DNA of 63,661 nt, the filler included. It is 10 parts of 10 records of this genome, joined end to end, with 100 filler letters (N's around TTAATTAATTAA, not from the genome) between each part and the next. Parts side by side here need not be neighbours in the genome. Positions count along the whole stretch, not along the records: positions 14,357 to 22,601 come from SRR31156797_61078; positions 22,702 to 29,645 come from SRR31156797_61084; 8 more parts are not named here. One strand, given 5' to 3'. The translations under genes and the position numbers were made by a program. Positions 19,979-29,745 of the stretch are shown piece after piece; the first letter of the stretch is position 1; every line of letters begins with the position of its first letter. The notes beneath the pieces are model-generated. The model ran no database searches, was not told the origin of the DNA, and saw only the letters and a list, made by a program, of their open reading frames with translations.

Positions 19979-19988
19979 GAACAATCTC

Positions 19989-20012
19989 CTCCCCCGCCTG
20001 TCGGCGGGGGAG
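19989..20012 (+). terminator. Intra-operon GC hairpin after the binding-protein gene (mRNA stabiliser or attenuator)
   Basis: CTCCCCCGCC-TGTC-GGCGGGGGAG. Confidence 0.55.
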
Positions 20013-20040
20013 AAAATAAGAAATATCAAGCGAGCAAAGT

Positions 20041-21546
20041 ATGAATGCAGGCAATGAAACTGTTTTAGTCGACTGCAAGGGAATATCAAAACACTTCGGC
20101 GGTCTTATCGCTTTGGACGGCGTTCAGCTGAATATCCGCAGGGGAGAGGTTCATGCTCTTGTCGGAGAAAACGGAGCCGGAAAATCCACCCTTATCAAGA
20201 TACTGGGCGGAATTTATATAAGAGACGAGGGCGCCATCCGTTTTCAGGACCGGGAAGTCGTTTATGACAATCCCGTGGATGCCATCCGGGACGGCATCGC
20301 CATCATCCACCAGGAGCTGTCCGTCCTCTCCCATATGAACGTCATCGAAAATGTTTTTATGGGTCGGATGATCACAAAAAGCGGCATCCTTCAGTGGAGA
20401 GAGATGGAAGAGCTGACCCGCAAGGTCATCGCCATGGTCGGCCTGGACGTGGACCCCTATTGCGAACTGAGCCGATTGAGCATCTCTCAGAGGCAGATGA
20501 TCGAGATCGCCAGGGCCCTGTCTATTGATTCGAAACTGATCATTATGGACGAACCCAATTCCTCGCTCAGCGATCACGAGACGGAAAAGCTATTCGCCGT
20601 AATCCGGGATCTCGTGAAAAAGGGCATCTCCATTCTCTATGTATCCCATAAGATGGAGGAGGTCCTGGAAATCTCCGACCGGATCACGGTCTTCAAAGAC
20701 GGACAATACTCGGGGACCCGAAATACGCAAGAGGTCTCTGTTGAAGATATCATTCAGATGATGGTAGGCCGGGAACTGGACCGGCACTATGAAGAGGGAT
20801 CGGCCACCGACGAGGTGGTACTGGAAGTCAAAGACCTGACGGGCATAGGCTTTCAAAACGTCTCATTCCAGCTCCATAGGGGAGAGGTTCTGGGATTCTC
20901 CGGACTGGTGGGAGCCGGACGGAGCGAGATCTGCCGGGCCATCTTCGGCGCAGAGCCCTTTACAGGCGGTTCCATGACCCTTAAGGGCAAAGACTGCGCG
21001 TTCAAACATCCGGGAGAAGCCGTCCGCGCCGGAATGGCCATGGTTCCCGAAGACAGAAAGAATCTATCCCTCTTTTTAGATCAGCCGATCCGTTTCAATA
21101 TGAATATGGCCAATTACCCCTTTATGACGAAGCGGGGGCTCATCGATTTCAACCGGGCCGAGGGAGAAGTGGATAACTATGTGAACAAGCTCTCCATCAA
21201 ACTGCACAAGAAGGGTGATCCCGTTAAGAGCCTCAGCGGCGGAAACCAGCAGAAGACGGTTCTCTCCCGCTGGCTGTCCACTAAACCGGATGTTCTGATC
21301 CTGGACGAACCCACCCACGGAGTGGATATCGGAGCCAAGGCGGAGATCTACAAACTGATCCGCGACCTGGCAGCCGATGGCATAAGCATCATCCTGATCT
21401 CTTCTGAGCTGCCCGAGATCATCGCCATGAGCGACAGAGTCGCCGTTATGCACGAGGGAACGATGACCGGGATCCTCGGCCGGGACAAGGTGAACGAGGA
21501 AACCATCATGAGTTACGCCACAGGAATTATGGGAGAAGCCGTATGA
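20041..21546 (+). CDS. Sugar ABC transporter ATP-binding protein with two NBDs (RbsA/MglA-like)
   Basis: GENGAGKST; GLVGAGRSE; LSGGNQQK; LDEPTHGVDIGAK. Confidence 0.93.
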   Translation: MNAGNETVLVDCKGISKHFGGLIALDGVQLNIRRGEVHALVGENGAGKSTLIKILGGIYIRDEGAIRFQDREVVYDNPVDAIRDGIAIIHQELSVLSHMNVIENVFMGRMITKSGILQWREMEELTRKVIAMVGLDVDPYCELSRLSISQRQMIEIARALSIDSKLIIMDEPNSSLSDHETEKLFAVIRDLVKKGISILYVSHKMEEVLEISDRITVFKDGQYSGTRNTQEVSVEDIIQMMVGRELDRHYEEGSATDEVVLEVKDLTGIGFQNVSFQLHRGEVLGFSGLVGAGRSEICRAIFGAEPFTGGSMTLKGKDCAFKHPGEAVRAGMAMVPEDRKNLSLFLDQPIRFNMNMANYPFMTKRGLIDFNRAEGEVDNYVNKLSIKLHKKGDPVKSLSGGNQQKTVLSRWLSTKPDVLILDEPTHGVDIGAKAEIYKLIRDLAADGISIILISSELPEIIAMSDRVAVMHEGTMTGILGRDKVNEETIMSYATGIMGEAV

Positions 21547-22601
21547 CAGGGAAAGAAAAGTTGAAAAGAGCATTGAATCATCAGTCGGGACCCGTTCCCG
21601 TGGACTTCGGCTCCAGCGCCGTCACAGGGCTGCATGTCAGCCTGATCCCCCCCCTGAGAAAGCATTACGGACTTGAAAAGGCTCCCGTCAAAGTCGTTGA
21701 GCCTTACGGAATGCTGGGAGAGGTGGACGATGACCTGAAAGAGGCCATGGGCGTGGATACGGACGGCCTCCTTACGAGAGGAACCATGTTCGGCTTCCCC
21801 CTGGAAAACTGGAAGGAGTGGAAAGCCCCCTGGGGACAGGAGGTTCTGGTTCCCGGAGACTTTAACATTACCGCTGAAGGAAAGGACCTCTATATATACC
21901 CCCTGGGCGATACGGACGTCCCCCCTGCCGGCCATATGCCGGACGGAGGATTCTTTTTCGACTCAACCGTCAGGGATTACGGATTCGATGAGGACAATAT
22001 AAAGATCGAAGACAATCTGGAGGAGTTCGGCCTTCTCTCCGACGAAGATCTGTCCTATTACAAAAAGAATAAAAAATGGGTTGATGCCAGTGAAAGGGGC
22101 GTCATGGGGATCATAGGCGGATGCGGGCTGGGGGATATCGCCCTGGTACCCGGCCCCATGATGAAGCATCCCAAGGGTATCCGCGACGTTACCGAATGGT
22201 ATATGTCCACAGCCCTTCGTCAGGATCTGCTCCATGAGATCTTCGACAGACAGACGGACATCGCCCTGGAGAACCTGAAAACCGTGTACTCCCTGCTCGG
22301 CAATTCCATTGAGGTCGCCTATCTATGCGGCACCGACTTCGGCACCCAGGACTCCACCTTCTGCTCCGAGGACACCTTCGACCGGCTCTACAAACCCTAT
22401 TACAGGAAGATGACAGACTGGATCCACGAGAACACCGGGTGGAAGACCTTCAAGCACTGCTGCGGCGCTGTGGAGAACTTCATGGGTCACTTCATCGATG
22501 CCGGATTCGATATAATCAATCCCGTTCAGACATCCGCCGCGGGAATGGACGCCAAGGTCCTCAAGGAGAGATACGGAAAGGATCTGGTCTTCTGGGGCGG
22601 C
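21543..22601 (+). CDS. Uroporphyrinogen decarboxylase / MtaA-CmuA methyltransferase family protein (3' truncated)
   Basis: RALNHQ..PVPVDFGS, GTDFGTQ, FKHCCG, GFDIINPVQ and LVFWGG motifs; runs into the spacer. Confidence 0.8.
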
Positions 22602-22701
22602 NNNNNNNNNNNNNNNNNNNNNNNNNNNNNNNNNNNNNNNNNNNNTTAATTAATTAANNNNNNNNNNNNNNNNNNNNNNNNNNNNNNNNNNNNNNNNNNN
22701 N
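22602..22701. other. Artificial contig spacer
   Basis: N44-TTAATTAATTAA-N44. Confidence 0.99.
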
Positions 22702-24059
22702 TTCTTACCCTTGACGGCTTCCTTCTCGGCCGAGCGGCGTTTCCGAAACGCCTTCGCCCAGCCCTTCACCTGACGCTGATCGGCCCGGGTAACGGCGAGC
22801 GCATCTCCGGCGACATCCTTGGTGATGACGCTGCCGGCGCCGACGGTGGCACCGTCGCCGATCTTGACCGGCGCCACCAGTGCCGTGTTCGATCCGATGA
22901 ATGCGCCGGCGCCGATATCCGTATGATCCTTGAAATAGCCGTCGTAATTGCAGGTGATGGTGCCGGCCCCGATGTTGGCGGCGGCACCGATGCGGGCATC
23001 GCCGATATAGGTCAAATGATTGACCTTGGCGCCGACCTCGACCTTGGCATTCTTGATCTCGACGAAATTGCCGATTCGGGCGGTTTCGGCGACATCGGCA
23101 CCGGGGCGCAGGCGGGCGAACGGGCCGATACGGGCGCCGCGTCCGATTTGCGCACCCTCGATATGGGAAAAAGCGTGGATCTCGGTGCCGTCGCCGACGC
23201 TGACTCCAGGACCGAAAACGACGTTCGGTGCGACGGTCACATCGCGCCCCAATCGCGTATCCCAGGAGAAAAAGACGCTCGCAGGATCGATCAGGGTGGC
23301 CCCGCCGGCCATGGCCCGGGCCCGAAGCTCGGTCTGAAAGATTGCCTCGGCCAAAGCCAGATCGGCCCGCGTATTGATGCCAATCAATTCCTCGACAGGG
23401 GCTTCGACATAGGCGCAGGCGAAACCGTCGGCACGCGCCAAGCCAATCAGATCGGTCAGATAATATTCGCCCTTGGCGTTGTCGTTTCCGATGCGATCCA
23501 GCCAGCCGAACAGGTTCGCGCCGTCAATCGCCATAACGCCGGAATTGCAGAGTTCGATTTGCTTTTGTTCAGGCGTTGCTTCCTTGGCCTCGACGATGGC
23601 GTCCAGCGAGCCGTCGGCAGCCGTGACCAGCCGGCCGTAATCGCTCGGGTCGGGAGGCCGGAATCCCAGGATCACAGCGGCCGGTGCGGGCTTGGCGCTT
23701 CGCGCCGCCAACATCGCTTCGAATGTCCCGGTCGAAACCAGCGGCGTATCGCCGTAGACGATCAGGACATCACCGTCGAAGCCATCCAACTGGTGCCGGG
23801 CGGCAAGCACGGCGTGGGCGGTGCCCAGGCGCGGCTCCTGAATAACGCAAGTATGCGGGGCGACGGCGTCGGAAACAGCTTCCATTCCGTTGCCGAGGAC
23901 AATGACGATTTTATCCGGATCGAATCGGCCAAGGGTTTCCATCAAATGGTCGATCATCGACCGCCCGGCGATGCCGTGCAGGACCTTGGGCTTTTCGGAT
24001 TCCATGCGGGTGCCCAAACCCGCGGCGAGGACGATGGCGGCAGTTTTTTTCTTGGTCAT
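22702..24059 (-). CDS. glmU: Bifunctional UDP-GlcNAc pyrophosphorylase / glucosamine-1-P acetyltransferase (extreme 3' end cut)
   Basis: LAAGLGTRM..KPKVLH, EYYLTD, hexapeptide repeats and GAGTITCNYDG. Confidence 0.96.
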
Positions 24060-24159
24060 CACGCGACGGTTGTTTAATAACCGGGTTGCCGGTGGGAAAA
24101 TCCGACATTGCCACAAGGCTCGAATCCCGCCAAGTCACAAGTTGTTTCGGAATTTTGCA

Positions 24160-24855
24160 ATGAGCGAATCCATAGAACGCACCGTCAAGGCAGTAGCCTT
24201 CGATCTAGACGGCACCCTGATCGACAGCGCGCCGGACCTTCAGGCGGCTATAAACCGTGTATTGACCTGGGCTGGGCGCGAGACGCTGGATGTCGAGGCG
24301 GTCAAAGGCATGGTCGGCGACGGCGTCCATAAACTGGTCGAACGCGCCCTCGAAGCCACCGGGGGCATCCCTGATGCCGATTCGGTCGAGACCTTCGCCA
24401 ATCTGGTCGGCCGGTTTCTTGACGAATACCAGGGACATGATGTCGATCTGACCCGCGCCTATGCCGGCGTTCACGCCACCCTGGAGCGGCTCAAGGCCGA
24501 CGGATATCGCCTCGCCGTTTGCACCAACAAGCCGCAGGCCGCCACCATCAGTATCCTGGATGCCCTCGATCTGGCCGGTTTCTTCGACGCGGTTCTCGGC
24601 GGCGACGTGATCGAAGGCGTACGCAAGCCGGATCCGAAACATCTTTTGGCGACCCTGGCGGCGCTCGATGTAACGCCGGCTGAAGCCATCATGGTCGGCG
24701 ATCATTTGAACGACTTGGCCTGTGCCCGTGGTGCCGGCGCCCCAGCCATTCTGTGTTCCTATGGCTATTCCCGGGTGCCCGTCAGCGAACTCGGCGCCGA
24801 TGCCGTTATCGACCGGTTCGAAGACTTGCCGGCCCTTATCACCGGCCTTTCTTGA
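24160..24855 (+). CDS. gph: Phosphoglycolate phosphatase (HAD family)
   Basis: FDLDGTLIDSAPDL, CTNKP, KPDP and MVGD motifs; divergent from glmU as in alphaproteobacteria. Confidence 0.85.
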   Translation: MSESIERTVKAVAFDLDGTLIDSAPDLQAAINRVLTWAGRETLDVEAVKGMVGDGVHKLVERALEATGGIPDADSVETFANLVGRFLDEYQGHDVDLTRAYAGVHATLERLKADGYRLAVCTNKPQAATISILDALDLAGFFDAVLGGDVIEGVRKPDPKHLLATLAALDVTPAEAIMVGDHLNDLACARGAGAPAILCSYGYSRVPVSELGADAVIDRFEDLPALITGLS

Positions 24856-24881
24856 CATCGGCCCATGGCGGGCCTTATATG
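24852..24881 (+). promoter_or_regulatory. Sigma70 promoter of tRNA-Val
   Basis: TTGACA overlapping the gph stop, an AT-rich -10 (TTATATG) and a GC-rich discriminator. Confidence 0.55.
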
Positions 24882-24898
24882 GCCCCGCCTTGTCTCAA

Positions 24899-24973
24899 GG
24901 GCGCGTAGCTCAGCGGGAGAGCGCTCGCCTCACACGCGAGAAGTCGCTGGTTCAATCCCAGCCGCGCCCACCA
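24899..24973 (+). tRNA. tRNA-Val (anticodon CAC)
   Basis: Acceptor stem GGGCGCG/CGCGCCC, anticodon arm CTCGC-CTCACAC-GCGAG, T-loop GGTTCAATCC and encoded CCA. Confidence 0.96.
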
Positions 24974-25170
24974 TTTCCTCCCTGTCCATTCGCCCATGGC
25001 CCCGGCCTGTTTGTCCCGGCCGGCGAGGCCGATTGCCCGTGCCCCTTGCCCAAGAATCAATCGGCCACTGGATTTATCGGCGATACTGAGGGTACGATGG
25101 CCTTCGAGAAGAGCAAAAGCGGGATGACGGCCATTGCCGCCATCGCCCAAGAATAATTGGAGACGGTCCT

Positions 25171-25554
25171 ATGGATGACAATCCGGTCGATCCCAAGGCA
25201 ACCATCCTAGTTGTCGAGGACGATGACGGGGTGCGTGAATCCACAATCTGGGTTTTGCGCTCGTTGGGATATGCGACGCGGGAAGCCGCCGACGGGCCGT
25301 CGGCGCTCGATCTTCTGGACAACGACGAAGGGATCGATCTTCTGTTCAGCGATATTGTCATGCCCAAAGGCATGTCCGGCATCGATCTCGCCAAGGAAGC
25401 CATTCGCAAAACAAGCGGCCTCAAGGTCCTGCTGACGACGGGATATGCCGAATCGGACGTCGGCCAGCTTTCCGACAGTGGCCTCAAGCTGCTGCCGAAA
25501 CCCTATAGAAACGAGGACCTGGCAAAATCCATCGACGATTTGCTCGGCGCCTAA
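25171..25554 (+). CDS. Single-domain response regulator (REC)
   Basis: ILVVEDD, LLFSDIVMP, TTGY and LPKPY motifs. Confidence 0.88.
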   Translation: MDDNPVDPKATILVVEDDDGVRESTIWVLRSLGYATREAADGPSALDLLDNDEGIDLLFSDIVMPKGMSGIDLAKEAIRKTSGLKVLLTTGYAESDVGQLSDSGLKLLPKPYRNEDLAKSIDDLLGA

Positions 25555-25570
25555 GTCGCATCGGTTGCCG

Positions 25571-26236
25571 ATGATCGACATTTCCGTTTCCGAAGACTTC
25601 AGAAATGCCGGGGTCCGGGTCGCGCTTGGGTGTATCCAGTGCAAAGTGAAGGTCGAAAAAAGAAACGGCGGTCTTGGCATCGCGTTGGATAAGGCGGAAG
25701 CCGACCGGATGCAGACGCTGGACGGCGGTCCCATTTCCGAAATCCCACAAATTGCAGCGGCGCGGCGTGCCTATCGTGCCTTCGGCAAGGATCCGGCACG
25801 ATACCGCGTTTCCTCGGAAGCCCTGATGCGTCGCCTCGTCAAGGGTCAGGGCATCTATCGTATCAACAGCGTTGTCGACACCAACAATCTGATCTCGCTT
25901 CGCTCCGGTCATTCGGTCGGAGCGTTTACGGCCGAAAACCTGAACCCGCCCATCATCTTTCGGAAGGCGGGGCGGTCCGAGACCTATACGGCGATCGGGC
26001 GCGGTCCCATCAACCTGGAAAATCTGCCCGTTCTCGCCGATGCGCTGGGACCTTTCGGCAGCCCGACGAGCGACAGCGAACGCAGCATGATAACGCTGGA
26101 TACCGAAACCTTGCTGTTGACGATTATCGCCTTCGGCGGTGACGACAAACTGGCCGACCTGGTCGAATGGGCGGTGGAAAAACTGACCGAATACTGCGGC
26201 GCCGGCGCCATCGAAACACGCCTGATCGAATCCTGA
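25571..26236 (+). CDS. Stand-alone B3/B4-domain protein (PheT editing-domain homologue)
   Basis: GKDPARYRVSSEALMRR, INSVVDTNNLISL and GPFGSPTSDSERS motifs. Confidence 0.82.
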   Translation: MIDISVSEDFRNAGVRVALGCIQCKVKVEKRNGGLGIALDKAEADRMQTLDGGPISEIPQIAAARRAYRAFGKDPARYRVSSEALMRRLVKGQGIYRINSVVDTNNLISLRSGHSVGAFTAENLNPPIIFRKAGRSETYTAIGRGPINLENLPVLADALGPFGSPTSDSERSMITLDTETLLLTIIAFGGDDKLADLVEWAVEKLTEYCGAGAIETRLIES

Positions 26237-26358
26237 TCGGCGCCGCCGGCAAAACGCCTTAACAACAGGTCCGGCAGACCCGCAGCCTCGGCCGCTGCTC
26301 CAAGCTATTCCGAAAACCAGAAAACCGAGAAGGCCCCCAACGCCTGCCTGTTTAGTTA

Positions 26359-26432
26359 TGTTATAATATTGCTTTTTCCTGCCTTCAGGAATAAGATGCT
26401 GGATAACGAAACGCGGTTTTACGATACGAAAC
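26359..26432 (+). promoter_or_regulatory. Extended -10 promoter and candidate IclR-type operator of the TRAP operon
   Basis: TGTTATAAT at 26359-26367; GAAACGCGGTTTTACGATACGAAAC at 26408-26432. Confidence 0.4.
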
Positions 26433-26495
26433 AAAAAGCATCCCGGGCCCGTGAACCGCGCATGGCGGCCCCTGGAACACACGGAGGAGAAATCC

Positions 26496-27503
26496 ATGAA
26501 ACGATTTTTGTTGGGCGGTCTGTTTTCAGCCGCTTGCGCTGTCTTCGCCATGGCTGCGGGAGCGCCCGCAGCACAAGCGGCCGACAGCTACGTCTTTAAA
26601 TTCGCGCACTCCCAGCCGCTGACCAGCGTCCGCCATAAGTCCATGGAGATGTTCAAAGACGAGGTCGAGAAGGCCTCACAGGGGAAAATCAAGGTCGAGC
26701 TTTTCGGGGGCGGCGTTCTCGGCAGCGAGGCCGAGGTCATGGACATGGTCAAGGTGGGCAACCTACAAGGCACCCGTGGCGGCCAATTCGCCAAGGCCAA
26801 CCAGAAATTCCTGATCTATACCCTGCCCTTCCTGTTCGAGGACACGGATGCAGTGCTCGCCGCCATGCGCGGACCGGCCGGGCAGCAGATCGCCGCCGCA
26901 GCCAAGGAAAACGGCTTCTACATTCCGGCAACCGGTGTCGCCGGCGGTTTCCGCCAGTTCACCAATAACAAGCGGCCGATCGAAACCCTTGAAGATATCA
27001 AGGGCCTGAAAATCCGCACGCCACCCATCGATACCATCGTTCAGACCATCAAGGCGCTCGACGCCAGCCCTCAGTCGGTTCCCTACAAGGAAACCTACAT
27101 GGCGCTGAAAACCGGTGTTGTCGACGGCCAGGAAAATCCGCCTTCCAACATCACCGAGATGAAGTTCTACGAGGTTCAGAATTACATGAGCCTGGTGAAC
27201 TATCAGATCCATCCGGATCCGTTCTTCGTCAACCTCGCCTGGTACGAGGGCCTGCCGAACGACCTGAAAGCGGCATTCGACGCATCGGCCCGCAAGGCGA
27301 TGGAATGGAGCGACACCAATTGGCTGGCTTCGGAAGCAAACTATCTGGCGACACTTAAGGGCAAGGTTAAAATCAACGCCATCAGCGCCGACAACCGGGC
27401 CAAGTTCATCGAAAAGGTCAAGCCGGTTTGGACCCACTACGTCAAGGAGGGGTACTTCACGGCCGATGAGATCGACACGGTTCTCGCGGCAATAAAGAAG
27501 TAA
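26496..27503 (+). CDS. dctP: TRAP transporter substrate-binding protein
   Basis: Signal peptide; DIKGLKIRT and ALKTGVVDGQENP motifs; GGAG RBS. Confidence 0.92.
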   Translation: MKRFLLGGLFSAACAVFAMAAGAPAAQAADSYVFKFAHSQPLTSVRHKSMEMFKDEVEKASQGKIKVELFGGGVLGSEAEVMDMVKVGNLQGTRGGQFAKANQKFLIYTLPFLFEDTDAVLAAMRGPAGQQIAAAAKENGFYIPATGVAGGFRQFTNNKRPIETLEDIKGLKIRTPPIDTIVQTIKALDASPQSVPYKETYMALKTGVVDGQENPPSNITEMKFYEVQNYMSLVNYQIHPDPFFVNLAWYEGLPNDLKAAFDASARKAMEWSDTNWLASEANYLATLKGKVKINAISADNRAKFIEKVKPVWTHYVKEGYFTADEIDTVLAAIKK

Positions 27504-27608
27504 GGACGCAGAAGGTCCCCGGACGGTCGGCCCATGGCCGGCCAAAAGGAAACTGCCCGGGACGGCATTCGCCCCGGGCAGTCCTTTCATCTCGAGGAAT
27601 ACGAAATA

Positions 27609-28127
27609 ATGACGGCAAGCCCTCAGCCGATGGACAGATTGGATCGATTCGAGCGGATCCTGACCCGCGTCCTCGAAAGTACGGTCACGGCCTGTTTTTT
27701 CGTGCTGGCCGTTCTGGTCGTGCTGCTTGTCGTTCTACGTTATGTCTTCAACACCACCATCATCGGCGGCAACGAAATCACCGGATATCTGTTCATCTAC
27801 ACCACGGCATTGGGTGCCGCCGTCTCGGTCGGCAGCAACCAGCACATCCGCATCGGTTTTTTCGTCGACATTCTGCCCCCGACCATGGGGAAACTTTTCG
27901 ACACCGTCGCCGTGGTTCTCGTCATGGCTTTGCACTGCGGAATTCTGTGGCTCAGCAGCGAGTGGATATCCTCGGTCGGCGGGTTCGATTTCCCGGTCAT
28001 CAATATTCCGCAAGGTGTGGTCCAGGTGGCAATTCCGATCGGCTGCGTCTTCGTGATTTTTTACTGCCTTGTCCGGCTGGCCAGGATGGCCCGGTCATCG
28101 TCGACAGCAAATAGGACGCCGCGATGA
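27609..28127 (+). CDS. dctQ: TRAP transporter small permease
   Basis: Four TM helices; VVLRYVFN and HIRIGFF motifs. Confidence 0.88.
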   Translation: MTASPQPMDRLDRFERILTRVLESTVTACFFVLAVLVVLLVVLRYVFNTTIIGGNEITGYLFIYTTALGAAVSVGSNQHIRIGFFVDILPPTMGKLFDTVAVVLVMALHCGILWLSSEWISSVGGFDFPVINIPQGVVQVAIPIGCVFVIFYCLVRLARMARSSSTANRTPR

Positions 28128-29401
28128 CCCTGCTGCTGGCAAGCCTAATCGTCAGCCTGTTCATCGGCATGCCCATAGCCTATGCGCTGGGTATTTCCGG
28201 CGGGCTGTATTTCCTGTTTTACCATCCCGAACTGATTTCGATTTTGCCGCAGCGGGTCTACGCCGGCATGGATTCTTATCTGATGATCGCGCTGCCGCTT
28301 TTCGTCCTCATGGGGCTTCTCATGAACCAGGGCGGCCTGACGGCGCGGCTGATCGATTTCTGCATGATTTTTGTCGGCCGGCTGCGTGGCGGCCTGGGTT
28401 TGGTCAACGTTCTGGCCAGCATGGTGTTCGGTGGCATCTCGGGATCGTCCGTGTCGGACACCGCATCGGTCGGCGCCGTGTTGATTCCGGAAATGGAACG
28501 CAAGGGCTATACCCGGCAATTCGCCGCCGGCATTACGGTGGCGTCATCGACCATGGGCATGATCATTCCGCCCAGCATTCCGATGGTCATCTACGCCTTC
28601 GTCGCCGAGGAATCCGTCGGCAAGCTGTTTCTTGGCGGCCTGATTCCCGGCGTCATGATCGGTGTGCTGATGATGGGCATCACCCTGGCCATCTCGGCTT
28701 GGCGCGGCTATCCGGTGGAAGAAGTTCCGCTGACGGCGCGCGAAATCGGTCGGCGGACCGGACAGGGAATTCCGGCGCTTCTGATGCCGGTATTTGTCGT
28801 CGGCGCCGTCGTTATCGGCATCGCTACGGCCACCGAATCGGCCGGAATCGGTGCCGCCTACGCCCTTCTGATCGGCATTTTCTGGTATGGCGCACTGAAA
28901 CTCCGCATGCTGCCGGGGCTGTTCCGGGAAGCCATCCTGACCAGCGCCAACGTGATGATCATCGTCGCTTTCTCGACCATCTACATCTGGATTCTGGCGC
29001 TCGAACACGTCCCGGAAACGGTGGCGGCGTTAATCGCCGGCCTCGACCTTCCGCCGGTTGCCATCCTGCTCATCGTCGATGTCATTATCCTGGTCATCGG
29101 CACCTTTATCGACGTCAGCCCGGCGATCCTGCTGCTGACCCCGGTGTTTCTACCGGCACTGGCTGCTCTTGGCGTTTCCGCCATCCATTTCGGCGCGATT
29201 CTGATTACCGGCCTGGCAGTCGGCCTGGTGACGCCGCCGGTCGGCATGTGCCTGAACGTCTGTTCGGCGATCTCGCATCTGGAAATCGGCACCATCTTCC
29301 GGGCCGCATTGCCGTTCCTGCTTGCCAATCTACTGACCCTGCTGGTAGTGACGCTGGTGCCCGAACTGAGCACCTGGCTGCCCGCCCTATTGATGGACTA
29401 G
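28124..29401 (+). CDS. dctM: TRAP transporter large permease
   Basis: ALPLFVLMG, FGGISGSSVSD, IIPPSIPMVIY and TPPVG motifs. Confidence 0.93.
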   Translation: MTLLLASLIVSLFIGMPIAYALGISGGLYFLFYHPELISILPQRVYAGMDSYLMIALPLFVLMGLLMNQGGLTARLIDFCMIFVGRLRGGLGLVNVLASMVFGGISGSSVSDTASVGAVLIPEMERKGYTRQFAAGITVASSTMGMIIPPSIPMVIYAFVAEESVGKLFLGGLIPGVMIGVLMMGITLAISAWRGYPVEEVPLTAREIGRRTGQGIPALLMPVFVVGAVVIGIATATESAGIGAAYALLIGIFWYGALKLRMLPGLFREAILTSANVMIIVAFSTIYIWILALEHVPETVAALIAGLDLPPVAILLIVDVIILVIGTFIDVSPAILLLTPVFLPALAALGVSAIHFGAILITGLAVGLVTPPVGMCLNVCSAISHLEIGTIFRAALPFLLANLLTLLVVTLVPELSTWLPALLMD

Positions 29402-29405
29402 ACCG

Positions 29406-29645
29406 ATGACTAAAGGAACAGACGCCCGCAACCAAACGGCAAGACCGAAACCGGTCCAATCGGTCGAAAGAGCCTTCGACATCCTTGAGATTCTTTCTCA
29501 CGAGAACCGCGGGCTGCCCCTAACCGAAGTCAGCCGCCGCCTCAACCTGCACAAAAGCACCGTCTACCGGCTGTTGGCCACCCTCGAACATCGGGGCTAT
29601 GTGGAAAGGGCGGCGGAAACGAGAAGCTACAAGCTGGGTCTCGAG
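29406..29645 (+). CDS. IclR-family transcriptional regulator (N-terminal HTH, truncated)
   Basis: VQSVERAFDILE...LHKSTVYRLLATLE..GYV. Confidence 0.88.
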
Positions 29646-29745
29646 NNNNNNNNNNNNNNNNNNNNNNNNNNNNNNNNNNNNNNNNNNNNTTAATTAATTA
29701 ANNNNNNNNNNNNNNNNNNNNNNNNNNNNNNNNNNNNNNNNNNNN
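29646..29745. other. Artificial contig spacer
   Basis: N44-TTAATTAATTAA-N44. Confidence 0.99.

Noticed and set aside
22923-24077. Long antisense or shadow ORFs (e.g. 22923-24077, 25484-26551, 28069-29409, 33420-34664, 46341-47507, 49914-50900, 56283-57257)
   Set aside because: They overlap well-supported genes in GC-rich DNA where stop codons are scarce, and they have no family motifs.
24974-26236. Genomic island integrated at tRNA-Val
   Set aside because: There is no integrase, no duplicated tRNA 3' end and no obvious composition shift in this contig.
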